Source: Candidatus Eiseniibacteriota bacterium (GTDB lineage Bacteria; Eisenbacteria; RBG-16-71-46). Taken from it: a DNA stretch of 64,000 nucleotides. This document shows positions 30,701 through 38,680 of this stretch, one piece after another (the first letter of the stretch is position 1; each line of letters opens with the position of its first letter). A program made the translations under genes and the position numbers. The notes beneath the pieces were generated by a model. The model saw nothing but the letters and a program-made list of their open reading frames with translations. It was not told where the DNA came from and made no database searches. The stretch is from positions 1,824,001-1,888,000 of the forward strand of contig OY970342.1 of the NCBI GenBank assembly GCA_963717505.1, read 5' to 3'.

Positions 30701-31393
30701 GTGTGGTTCACCACGAACCTCATAGGCTCGATCCCACCGGGTGGCTTCTACCTGATCCGGCAAGGTGCCGGTGCGGGTTCTGGCGCCGTCCTGCCGACTG
30801 CGGACGCGATCGGCACCATCGGGCTGAGCGCGGTTTCGGGCAAGGTGGCGCTGGTCAACAACGACGCCGTCCTGTCTGGAAACTGTCCGAGTGGTCCGGA
30901 AGTCATCGACTTCGTTGGCTACGGCCGCGCGGACTGCTCCGAGGGGGCTCCGGCGTCGTCGCTCAGCAACACCATGGCCGCCCACCGCCGGGAGGACGGG
31001 TGCGTCGATACCGGCAACAATCTGGGTGACTTCGGGACCGCAGTTCCCACGCCACGCAACAGTGCGACCCCAACGAGCTTCTGCCCGATCTGGACGGGAA
31101 CCGAGGACGTCATCGTCTCGGGGATCGAGCTCGGGAACGTGTCACCGAACCCATCGCGGGAATCGATGCGGATTCCGTTCGTTCTGCCGCGGGAATCCGA
31201 TGTGCGTCTCAGCGTCCACGACCTGCAGGGCCGACTGGTCACGACGCTGGCGGACGGGCGATTTGCCTCCGGACGGCATGAACTGATCTGGGACGGCCGA
31301 GGCGTGAGTGGGCTCGCCCGGTCGGGCGTCTACTTCATTCGAATGGAGACGGCCGGAGAGATCTTCGTCCGCAGGGCGTCGCTGACGAGGTAG
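27761..31393 (+). CDS. Large secreted protein: beta-helix-like N-terminus, 3 InlB-B-repeat-like domains, 2 lamin-tail domains, FlgD-Ig C-terminus
   Basis: VxLTATPxxGYxFxGWSGD-type repeat x3; VVSQxYGGGGN...NDxIELFNRG x2; PNP...DLQGRLV...WDG...SGVYFIR; true start may be 27812. Confidence 0.85.
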   Translation: MEPLMIPKNLRPLAGVEMRALRHGVLAAAVAAVLTLVLGSAAWAQSTYTWSGGEGPAPWSDADNWSPSRITIANDDVMVINTSATITGIPLETIGQLLVADGATVSLQAGIAGTILTLDGGTGTDFDVAAGSTLNLNGTALQISLSPGATGTVGGSITATAGAQRILSGGAGALVFQSGSVMTCGTGFSGNVFGTTSLNSVVFQSGSLYVHVAGSNPFGAGQPNSVLTFEAGSRFRLDGNTSPAATGRTYADFEYNATGANAITGGAPLSIDNLFITQGTMNCNMTGLFSLRGNITVNGGAALNFSPTSPATVSLNGSTSQAITVNGSFNSTHNSTFSINNPNGVVLGSNLTIGTSTAGGGISFLNGRITTGANSLTIASGASISGAGSGTGWVAGNLIRNVPVGGTRTMDVGDAAVYAPVALQVNGLGSAFNLAASTMGAEHSSVGTSGLDATRSVNRTWTLTPQSAPTFADYSAVFGFAAADVDLGADPANFAVRRFNGASWSLTTTGVRTATSTQATGITAFSDFAVGEPQHTLAVTVVGTGAVAKVPDQAGYDEGTLVDLTATPGVGYQFAGWSGDASGTANPLTVTMDANKSITATFTIITYTLDVTVVGNGTVAKVPEQASYGVGELVELTATPAVGYEFVGWSGDASGTTNPLTVTMDANKSITATFAASRVVVVSQIYGGGGNSGAPYHNDYIELFNRGTTSVDLTGWSVQYTSAAGSSWATTPLSGSIAAGGYYLVQQAAGTGGGASLPTPDAVGAIAMNLASGKVALVASATALTGTCPSGGDLVDLVGYGAAGCSETAPTGILSNTTAAHRNSGGCVDTDHNANDFTVSGPAPRNSSAPTNSCVFTLAVTVAPPGGGTVAKVPDLASYPAETPVELTATRTSGYHFAGWTGDFSGTANPATVIMDGNKTIVANFELNSTVGLVVVSQVYGGGGNTGAQYQNDFIELFNRGNLTVDITGWSVQYASDSGSVWFTTNLIGSIPPGGFYLIRQGAGAGSGAVLPTADAIGTIGLSAVSGKVALVNNDAVLSGNCPSGPEVIDFVGYGRADCSEGAPASSLSNTMAAHRREDGCVDTGNNLGDFGTAVPTPRNSATPTSFCPIWTGTEDVIVSGIELGNVSPNPSRESMRIPFVLPRESDVRLSVHDLQGRLVTTLADGRFASGRHELIWDGRGVSGLARSGVYFIRMETAGEIFVRRASLTR

Positions 31394-31416
31394 GCCGCTT
31401 CGAGCTGGGTGTAACG

Positions 31417-31449
31417 AAGGTGGCCACCCCTCTCGGGGGTGGCCACCTT
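31417..31449. terminator. Hairpin terminator between convergent genes
   Basis: AAGGTGGCCACCCC-N5-GGGGTGGCCACCTT, perfect 14-bp inverted repeat. Confidence 0.75.
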
Positions 31450-31466
31450 GGTTTCTGGCACCAGAA

Positions 31467-33866
31467 CTACAGCTGCCAGAGATAGCTGAACTTGGTGAAC
31501 ACGCTCGCGCTCTGCGGCGCCAGGTCCTCGGTTTCCTCGCCGTCGTACGTCGCGCCGTAGCCCAGATAGATAACGGTTCCCGGCCGCACGTAGTAGCTGA
31601 GCAGGATGTCGGGCACCAGCGACTGCGACTTCTCCGTCAGGTTGCCGCTGGTGTCGTAGCTGCGACGGGCTTGTAGCTCGGTGATCCAGCGCAGCGACAG
31701 CTCCCGCGTGAACTGGTACGAGAGCCTGAGCCGCGGGATCAAGGCCTCGCGGAACTTGGTGTCGTCCTGGCGCCACACGGTGGCGGCGTTCACGCTCAGG
31801 CCCCCGTCGAACTGAGTGCTGAACCGGAAGTCGCTCCACAGTTCCCAGCGGCGGTCGTGCCCGGGCACGGTCTCGGCGAACACGACCTGGTCGCCCCACA
31901 CGTAAGTGGCGCCGCCGCGCAGCGTCCGCCCGGCCTCGCTCCAGGCCCACATCGCGCGCCGGAAGATGTTGTCGAACTCGACCCCGTTGTGCCGAATGAA
32001 CCGATAGACGTTCTCCATCCCGATTCCTCGGTTGCGCGGGAACACGATCTCCTGGACCAGCGACACCACTTCGTCGGTCTTGGTCTGGTTGTCCCAGGAG
32101 TAGTCGACTTCGTAGTAGTTCGGGAAGTGGATCCCGGTGTACCACTGGTTCTCCTTGGCCCACAGGTGTGGGTTGAACCACGCCGCGTACGCGCGGATGT
32201 CGGTGCGCTGGATGAATCCCATGTCCGCCTGGAAGTCGGGCGAGGTGCCGCGGACCTCGAAGCCGGTGTTGAGCGGCCGCGAGTCGCGCGCCACCGACGC
32301 GTAATAGGCGTCGCCCTGGGTCTCCTGTCCGGTCAGGCCGCCCAAGTCGGGCGGCAGCGAGCCAGGCGGGACTGACGAGAAGTCCTGCGCGCGGTCCCAG
32401 CTGTGCGCGCCCTGGAACGTCAGGCTGAACTTGTCGGCCCAGCTCAGGCGGCCGTCGGCCGCCGCGACCCGGTTGTACTCGTCGTCGAGCGTGCGATCGG
32501 CGCCGAACACTCCGACGTAGCTGCTCTTGAACACGTCACGGCGCAGGCGCCCGATGTTGAACACCGCGTTCTGATCCGAGTAGGGGTTCGCGGGATCCGG
32601 CAGGCCGTCGATGCTCTCGCCCGAGCTGCGATCCGCAGAGCTGAGGACCCCGAAGGACATGCGACGGAGCTTGCCGCTGAGCTTGCCGCCGTACAGCGGG
32701 TCCACGATCTGCCGGGTGTACATCAGGTTGATCGGCATGGTGAAGATGTCGCTGCCCTCCAGGAAGAAAGGGCGTTTTTCCGGATAGAAGATCGCGAAGC
32801 GCTCGTTGATGTCGACCACACCGGCGTCCGCCTCGATCTGGCTGAAGTCGGGGGTGACGGTCAGGTCGGCGATCAAGTTGCTGGTCAGGCCGACTTTGGC
32901 GTCGAGCCCGGCGCGACCCTCGGGATCTCCGTAGTCCATGCCGCTCGGCGACGACTCGGCCGCCGTCGTCGTGGTGTAGGTCGGCGTGATCTGGATGTTG
33001 CGCCCGGGGCGCACGCCCTGGAGCCCACTCATGCTGCCGATCTGCGTGTGGTAGCTGTTGATGTTGCGCGACACCGGTGACCAGTACATGTGGATGCCGT
33101 CGCGCCGGATGTCGCGGATCGCCTGGAAGCCGAACGTGACGTCCTGGCCCGGCTGGAAGCGCAGCGTGGTGAACGGGATCGCCATCTCGACGTCATAGCC
33201 GTCGTCGGTCACCCGGCCCTTACTGGTGTACTGGAAGTCGGGCGCCATGTCGCTGTCGCGGCCCTCCTGGTCGACACCGTCCATCTGAATGCCGGCCGGG
33301 TTCGAGCACAGGAAGAACGAGCGCTGCTTGTCGTTGTAGGTGTCGATCGAGACGCCAACCCAGTCGCCCTGCCACACCTGGTCGCGTGGCACGATCGGCG
33401 CCTGCACCTTGCGGGGATCGTCGCCGGCATGGAACGCGATGTAGAGATTCTTGTCGTCGTAGAGCACGAGTGTGACCGTGCCCAGCGTGTCCTTGACCCC
33501 TTCGACCGGACGGTTGTGGGTGAACGCCTCGAGCAGCGCCGCACGTTCCCAGACCGCGTCGTCGAGCACGCCGTCGACGTTGGGCGGCGTGTCGGTGCGC
33601 GGGGCGCGGAGCTTGGTCATGCTGTCGGCGCCGGCGAGTCTCAGGGTCGCCCGCATCCAGGGCACGGCCGAGATGGTCGACGAAGGCACGACCACGCTCG
33701 CGAGCAAGGTGGAGTCCGTGGTCGCTGCGGTCCTGACGGTCGGGGCGGCCGAGGTCGAGTCCTGAGCGCCGGCGTCCGGCGCCAGGTCCAAGGCGAATAG
33801 GCAGGAAAGCGCCAGTACCGTTCGCGGATCCAAAGCGCGGGTGCGGGCGGGAGCGTGCGGCTTCAC
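31467..33866 (-). CDS. CBM9-like plus DUF5916 outer-membrane barrel protein
   Basis: VDGVLDDAVW, EMAIPFTTLRF, PDFSQIEAD, FYPEKRPFFLEG, C-terminal KFSYLWQL; GTG start with GGAGGA RBS. Confidence 0.85.
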   Translation of the reverse strand: MKPHAPARTRALDPRTVLALSCLFALDLAPDAGAQDSTSAAPTVRTAATTDSTLLASVVVPSSTISAVPWMRATLRLAGADSMTKLRAPRTDTPPNVDGVLDDAVWERAALLEAFTHNRPVEGVKDTLGTVTLVLYDDKNLYIAFHAGDDPRKVQAPIVPRDQVWQGDWVGVSIDTYNDKQRSFFLCSNPAGIQMDGVDQEGRDSDMAPDFQYTSKGRVTDDGYDVEMAIPFTTLRFQPGQDVTFGFQAIRDIRRDGIHMYWSPVSRNINSYHTQIGSMSGLQGVRPGRNIQITPTYTTTTAAESSPSGMDYGDPEGRAGLDAKVGLTSNLIADLTVTPDFSQIEADAGVVDINERFAIFYPEKRPFFLEGSDIFTMPINLMYTRQIVDPLYGGKLSGKLRRMSFGVLSSADRSSGESIDGLPDPANPYSDQNAVFNIGRLRRDVFKSSYVGVFGADRTLDDEYNRVAAADGRLSWADKFSLTFQGAHSWDRAQDFSSVPPGSLPPDLGGLTGQETQGDAYYASVARDSRPLNTGFEVRGTSPDFQADMGFIQRTDIRAYAAWFNPHLWAKENQWYTGIHFPNYYEVDYSWDNQTKTDEVVSLVQEIVFPRNRGIGMENVYRFIRHNGVEFDNIFRRAMWAWSEAGRTLRGGATYVWGDQVVFAETVPGHDRRWELWSDFRFSTQFDGGLSVNAATVWRQDDTKFREALIPRLRLSYQFTRELSLRWITELQARRSYDTSGNLTEKSQSLVPDILLSYYVRPGTVIYLGYGATYDGEETEDLAPQSASVFTKFSYLWQL

Positions 33867-34062
33867 GGCGGTCCTCCAGCAAGTGCGAAGTGGCGTATGC
33901 GTGCCGAGGCGACGCAGATTCCGATACGGCAAGCTAGGCGAAACGTTGCTAGCGGTTATCAAGCCTGGGAAAGAACCTGCGACCGCGGGGGATTCCACCG
34001 ACGAAAGCGGCGAATTCGTCCGACGGGCGCGCTCACCGGGGTGGCTGCGGCCGTTTTCCTGG

Positions 34063-34091
34063 TTGCGAGGTGCCGGGGCCGCTCCTAGAAT
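34063..34091 (+). promoter_or_regulatory. Putative sigma70 promoter
   Basis: TTGCGA-N17-TAGAAT. Confidence 0.55.
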
Positions 34092-34141
34092 CGCGGCCTT
34101 CCGCTCCACCCCAACGTCACTTCCTGAAGCCTGGAGTCCTC

Positions 34142-37100
34142 ATGGAATCGCTTGCCTGCCGCCGGCTGGCGCCGGCCGTCGCGTTTGCTTGCCTGATCAT
34201 TTCCGGGAGCGCCACCGCCGGTCCGTCGAAGGGCGCACACGCCATCGTCAACGCCCGTATCGTACTCGCTCCGGGCAAGGTGATCGAGCGTGGCACGATC
34301 GTCGTGCGTGACGGCATGGTCATGGCCGTGGGCGCCAACATCGCGGTCCCGGACGATGCCCGCGTATGGAACGGCGACAGCCTGACGGTCTATTCGGGCA
34401 TGATCGAATCGTTCTGGGATGCGCCCGAGCGCGGAGGGTCGCCGCGGCCTCAAGGTGGCGGATTCCCGCCGGCGGTCGCGCCGACCGAGCCCGTGCTCGG
34501 CGCGACGCATCCTCTGCCGTGCGTCACACCCGAGCGGCGGGTAGCCGAGGATGTTCCCGCGGTCGCCGAGTCGCTGGCCGCGCTGCGGCGCGCGGGCTTC
34601 GCGGTGGCGCACCTGGTGCCGGGCCACGGGATCATCCGCGGGCAGAGCGCCGTGGCCGGGCTCGCCAGCGTCGGCAAGAACGACGCCGTGCTCAAGAGCG
34701 ACGTGGCGCAGATCCTGTCCATGGAGCAGCAGCCGAGCGGCTATCCGAACTCGACCATGGGCGTGGTCGCGGTCATGCGCCAGGCATTTCTGGATGCTCG
34801 CTGGTACGAAGACGTGTGGGCACGCTACCGGCGCCAGCCGGCGGGCAAGCCCAAGCCGATGACCAACGTCGCGTGGGCCGCCCTCGGGACCGTGGTCTCG
34901 GGAAGTCAGCCGGTGTTCATCGAAACCGCCGGCATGCTCGAGGCGTTGCGTGCGGCCGCCGTTGCGCGCGAGGCGCGGGTGACGGCGCGGATCGTCGGGA
35001 GCGGTGACGAGTACAAGCGCGTCAAGGACATCGCCGCGACCGGCATGCCGCTGATCATTCCGGTGAACTACCCGGATGCGCCCGAGTTCGAGACCGCCGA
35101 TGACGCCCTCGAAGTCTCGACTCCGGACCTGCGGCACTGGAGCAACGCCCCGGGCAACGCGGCGGCGCTGGCCAAAGCCGGCGCCCGCTTCGCCCTGAGC
35201 GCCAAAGGGCTCAAGGACCCAACCGGATTCCGGGCGGCGGTGGCCAAGGCCATCGATCGCGGTCTGTCGCGCGACGTGGCGCTCGCGGCCGTGACCACCG
35301 TCCCTGCCGAGCTGCTCGGCCTATCCGATCGCCTCGGCACGATTGCCGCCGGCAAGGCGGCCACGTTCACGGTGACGCGCGGCGAGTTGTTCGATTCGAC
35401 CTCCAAGGTCGTTGAAGTCTGGGTGGACGGCGTGCGGCAGGCAGCGGCGGCGGCCGAAGACGTGCCCAGCCCCAAGGGCAATTGGGATCTGGCGTGGGGA
35501 AGCCAACGCGCCCGGTTGATCGTTCAGGTCACCCCGGATACCAGCGTCAAGCTGGTGATGGGCAGCGACACACTGGTGGCGAACGGGCCGCGGGTGGAAC
35601 GGGAGCGAGTTCAGTTCACGGCTCGGCTCAAGGATGGTCTTGCCGACTTCGACCTGAGTGCCCGCGACGAACGCCTGCTCGGCGACGTGGATCGCACGCC
35701 CAAGCAGGTCGTGGCAGTGCGCGCTCCCGAGAGTGCCGCCAAGGGCGAAAAGACGGTCGCCAAACCGACACCGGGAGCACAGCCCGCCGCTGTCGTCGTG
35801 ATGGGCGACGTCGAGGCGTGGCGCGCGCAGCCTCCAGCCCAGCCGGCCGCGATCTTGGTGCGCAATGCCACGATCTGGACGGTTGGCCCTCAAGGCACGA
35901 TCGAGAATGCCGACCTGCTGGTTCGTGGCGGCAAGATCTCGGCGGTGGGAGCGAATCTCAAGGCGCCTTCGGGCGCGATCGTGATCGACGGCGCCGGCAA
36001 ACACGTCATGCCCGGGATCCTCGACGCCCACAGTCACTCGGCGATCCTGGGCCAGGTCAACGAGTGCACCAACATCGTCACCGCTGAGGTCCGGGTTGCC
36101 GATGTGGTCAACTCCGAAAGCATCGAGATCTACCGGCAGCTCGCGGGCGGGACGACGATCATGCACCTGCTGCATGGCTCGTGTAACTCGATCGGCGGGC
36201 AATGCGCGGTGATCAAGAATCGTTGGGGCGAGGCGCCCGACCGGATGCTGATGGCGGCGCCGCCGACCATCAAGTTCGCTCTCGGCGAGAATCCGAAGCG
36301 CTCGAGTGTGTCCGGCAGCGCGGTGCCGCGCCGCTATCCCGACACGCGCGCGGGTGTCGAACAGTCGATTCGCGACGCGTTCACGCGGGCGCGTGACTAC
36401 GGACTGGCGCAGGAAGAGTGGACCAAGGGCCGCCGCCCGGCGCCGCCGCGCCGCGACCTGCAGCTCGACGCCGTGCTCGAGATTCTCAGGGGCCAGCGGA
36501 TGATCCATGCGCACTCCTACCGCCAGGACGAGATCCTGGCCCTGCTGCGGCTGTGCGAGGAGTTCGGCGTCACCCTGCAGACCCTCCAGCACATCCTCGA
36601 GGGCTACAAGGTCGCCGACGAGATGGCGAGCCACGGTGCTTCGGCCAGCGCGTTCAGCGATTGGTGGGCGTACAAATTCGAGGTGATCGACGCGATCCCG
36701 TACAACGGCTATCTGATGTGGGACCGGGGCGTGACCGTCTCCTACAACTCCGACAGCAACGACCTGGCGCGCCGGCTCAACACCGAAGCCGCCAAGGCGA
36801 TCAAGTACGGCGGTGTCCCGCCCGAGGAAGCGATCAAGTTCGTCACGCTCAATCCGGCACAGCAGCTCAAGATCGCCGACCGCGTCGGCTCCCTGGAGCC
36901 GGGCAAGGACGCCGACTTCTCGATCTGGAGCGGGACGCCACTGTCGCCCTATTCGCTGTGCGAACAGACCTGGATCGAGGGGCGCAAGTACTTCGATCGC
37001 GCCGCCGATCTGGCCGGCCGCGAGTCGCTGGCCAAAGAGCGCGAGTCGCTGGTGACCAAGGCGCGCGCCGCGGCGAAGCCGGCGGAAGGCGCCCGCGCGG

Positions 37101-37174
37101 GCGGAAGGCGTTTCGGTTATCTCGAGGAAGCCCAGCACGACGGCAGCTTCTGCGAAGAGGAGGGCGGACGATGA
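34142..37174 (+). CDS. Secreted two-domain amidohydrolase family protein
   Basis: Second domain has PGILDAHSH, KFALGENPK, HAHSYR, QHILEGY, NSD and GSLEPGKDAD; first domain degenerate. Confidence 0.9.
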   Translation: MESLACRRLAPAVAFACLIISGSATAGPSKGAHAIVNARIVLAPGKVIERGTIVVRDGMVMAVGANIAVPDDARVWNGDSLTVYSGMIESFWDAPERGGSPRPQGGGFPPAVAPTEPVLGATHPLPCVTPERRVAEDVPAVAESLAALRRAGFAVAHLVPGHGIIRGQSAVAGLASVGKNDAVLKSDVAQILSMEQQPSGYPNSTMGVVAVMRQAFLDARWYEDVWARYRRQPAGKPKPMTNVAWAALGTVVSGSQPVFIETAGMLEALRAAAVAREARVTARIVGSGDEYKRVKDIAATGMPLIIPVNYPDAPEFETADDALEVSTPDLRHWSNAPGNAAALAKAGARFALSAKGLKDPTGFRAAVAKAIDRGLSRDVALAAVTTVPAELLGLSDRLGTIAAGKAATFTVTRGELFDSTSKVVEVWVDGVRQAAAAAEDVPSPKGNWDLAWGSQRARLIVQVTPDTSVKLVMGSDTLVANGPRVERERVQFTARLKDGLADFDLSARDERLLGDVDRTPKQVVAVRAPESAAKGEKTVAKPTPGAQPAAVVVMGDVEAWRAQPPAQPAAILVRNATIWTVGPQGTIENADLLVRGGKISAVGANLKAPSGAIVIDGAGKHVMPGILDAHSHSAILGQVNECTNIVTAEVRVADVVNSESIEIYRQLAGGTTIMHLLHGSCNSIGGQCAVIKNRWGEAPDRMLMAAPPTIKFALGENPKRSSVSGSAVPRRYPDTRAGVEQSIRDAFTRARDYGLAQEEWTKGRRPAPPRRDLQLDAVLEILRGQRMIHAHSYRQDEILALLRLCEEFGVTLQTLQHILEGYKVADEMASHGASASAFSDWWAYKFEVIDAIPYNGYLMWDRGVTVSYNSDSNDLARRLNTEAAKAIKYGGVPPEEAIKFVTLNPAQQLKIADRVGSLEPGKDADFSIWSGTPLSPYSLCEQTWIEGRKYFDRAADLAGRESLAKERESLVTKARAAAKPAEGARAGGRRFGYLEEAQHDGSFCEEEGGR

Positions 37175-38526
37175 GCCGGAGTCTGGATCTTCAGGGGCTC
37201 GGGAGCCACGGACTCCGGAGCGGCTTGCTGGCGATGTGGATGGTCGTCGGCGCGGGATTCGTTTCCGCCGAGACGATCGTGCTCACCGACGCCACGGTGC
37301 ACACGGTCAGCGGACCGGTGCTCGAGGACGCTTCGGTCGTGATTCGCGACGGGGTGATCGGCGAAGTCGGCGCCAGTGTCGCGATTCCCGCCGGGGCGCG
37401 GGTGATCTCGTGCTCGGGTAAGCACGTTTATCCCGGGTTCATCTCGCCCAATTCGGTGCTCGGTCTGACCGAGATCTCGAGCGTCCCGGGCAGCAACGAC
37501 GATCGCGAGATGGGAGAGATCAATCCCAACATCAGTGCCGAGATCATGATCAATCCCGACAGCGACCTGCTCCCGGTGGCCCGGGTGAATGGAGTGACCA
37601 GCGCGCTGGTCATGCCGCGCGGCGGACTGATCGCCGGCACCGCGGCATTGATTCATCTGGCGGGCTGGACGCACGAGGACATGACCGTGCTCGGCCCGGC
37701 GGGCCTGCTGGTCCAGTGGCCGCCGCTCAACCAGGCGCCGGGGGGATTCGGTGGGGGTGGAGCCCAGCGTCCCGAGGCCGCCCGTAAGCAACGCGACCAG
37801 TCGATCGCGGCGCTGCGCGATGCGTTCGAGCAGGCGCGCGCCTACAACCGTGCCCGCGGCGCCGAAGGCAAGGCCGGCATTCCCCGACACGACGGCGACG
37901 TGCGCTGGGAGGCGATGGCCAAAGCGCTGCGCGGGGAGATTCCGGTGATCCTGCGGGCGTCGACGCTCGCGCAGATCCGGGGCGCGCTCAACTTCGCCGA
38001 CGAGATGCAGCTCCAGCGCGTGATTCTCCTGGGTGGCCAGGATGCCTGGCGGATCGGCGACGAGCTCAAGCGCCGCAAGATTCCGGTGATCGTCAACGGC
38101 GTGCTCGATCCGCCGACTCGGATGCACGACGGTTACGACGCGCGCTACAGCGGGCCGGCGCGGTTGCACGCCGCGGGCGTGACGTTCTGTATCGGCGACG
38201 ACGGCGGGCGCGACGAGGCGGCGAACGCGCGCAACCTGCCGTACCACGCGGGCGCCGCCGCGGCGTACGGTTTGCCCCGAGACGAAGCGCTCAAGGCGGT
38301 CACGCTCTATGCGGCCCAGATTCTCGGCGTCGGAGATCGGCTAGGCTCGATCGAGCCGGGCAAGCAGGCCGACCTGTTCGTGTGCGACGGCGACCCGCTC
38401 GAGATCACTACCAAGGTCGAGCGGGTGTTCATCGCCGGGCAGGAAATGTCGATGGAAACCCGCCACACCCGGCTGTTCGAGAAGTACGACGCCCGGCCCA
38501 AGGGGGCGAAGGCCCGTCCGCGTTAG
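37171..38526 (+). CDS. Secreted amidohydrolase family protein lacking the HxH motif
   Basis: GKHVYPGFISPNS, ARNLPYHAG, EALKAVTL..AQILG, GSIEPGKQADL; ATGA overlap. Confidence 0.88.
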   Translation: MSRSLDLQGLGSHGLRSGLLAMWMVVGAGFVSAETIVLTDATVHTVSGPVLEDASVVIRDGVIGEVGASVAIPAGARVISCSGKHVYPGFISPNSVLGLTEISSVPGSNDDREMGEINPNISAEIMINPDSDLLPVARVNGVTSALVMPRGGLIAGTAALIHLAGWTHEDMTVLGPAGLLVQWPPLNQAPGGFGGGGAQRPEAARKQRDQSIAALRDAFEQARAYNRARGAEGKAGIPRHDGDVRWEAMAKALRGEIPVILRASTLAQIRGALNFADEMQLQRVILLGGQDAWRIGDELKRRKIPVIVNGVLDPPTRMHDGYDARYSGPARLHAAGVTFCIGDDGGRDEAANARNLPYHAGAAAAYGLPRDEALKAVTLYAAQILGVGDRLGSIEPGKQADLFVCDGDPLEITTKVERVFIAGQEMSMETRHTRLFEKYDARPKGAKARPR

Positions 38527-38529
38527 CCT

Positions 38530-38558
38530 TTGACCGGTCCGGCGACCGGGCGTAGGCT
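38530..38558 (+). promoter_or_regulatory. Putative sigma70 promoter of the kinase operon
   Basis: TTGACC-N17-TAGGCT. Confidence 0.55.
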
Positions 38559-38680
38559 TCGCACGCATTCTCCACACAGGATGTTGGTCGATCGAGGCCG
38601 CGACCGAGCCTGCGCACAGCAACTCCCCTGCGCCTGCGGGCTGTGACACGACCCGCCCCGATCGCAGACGAGGTGACGCA

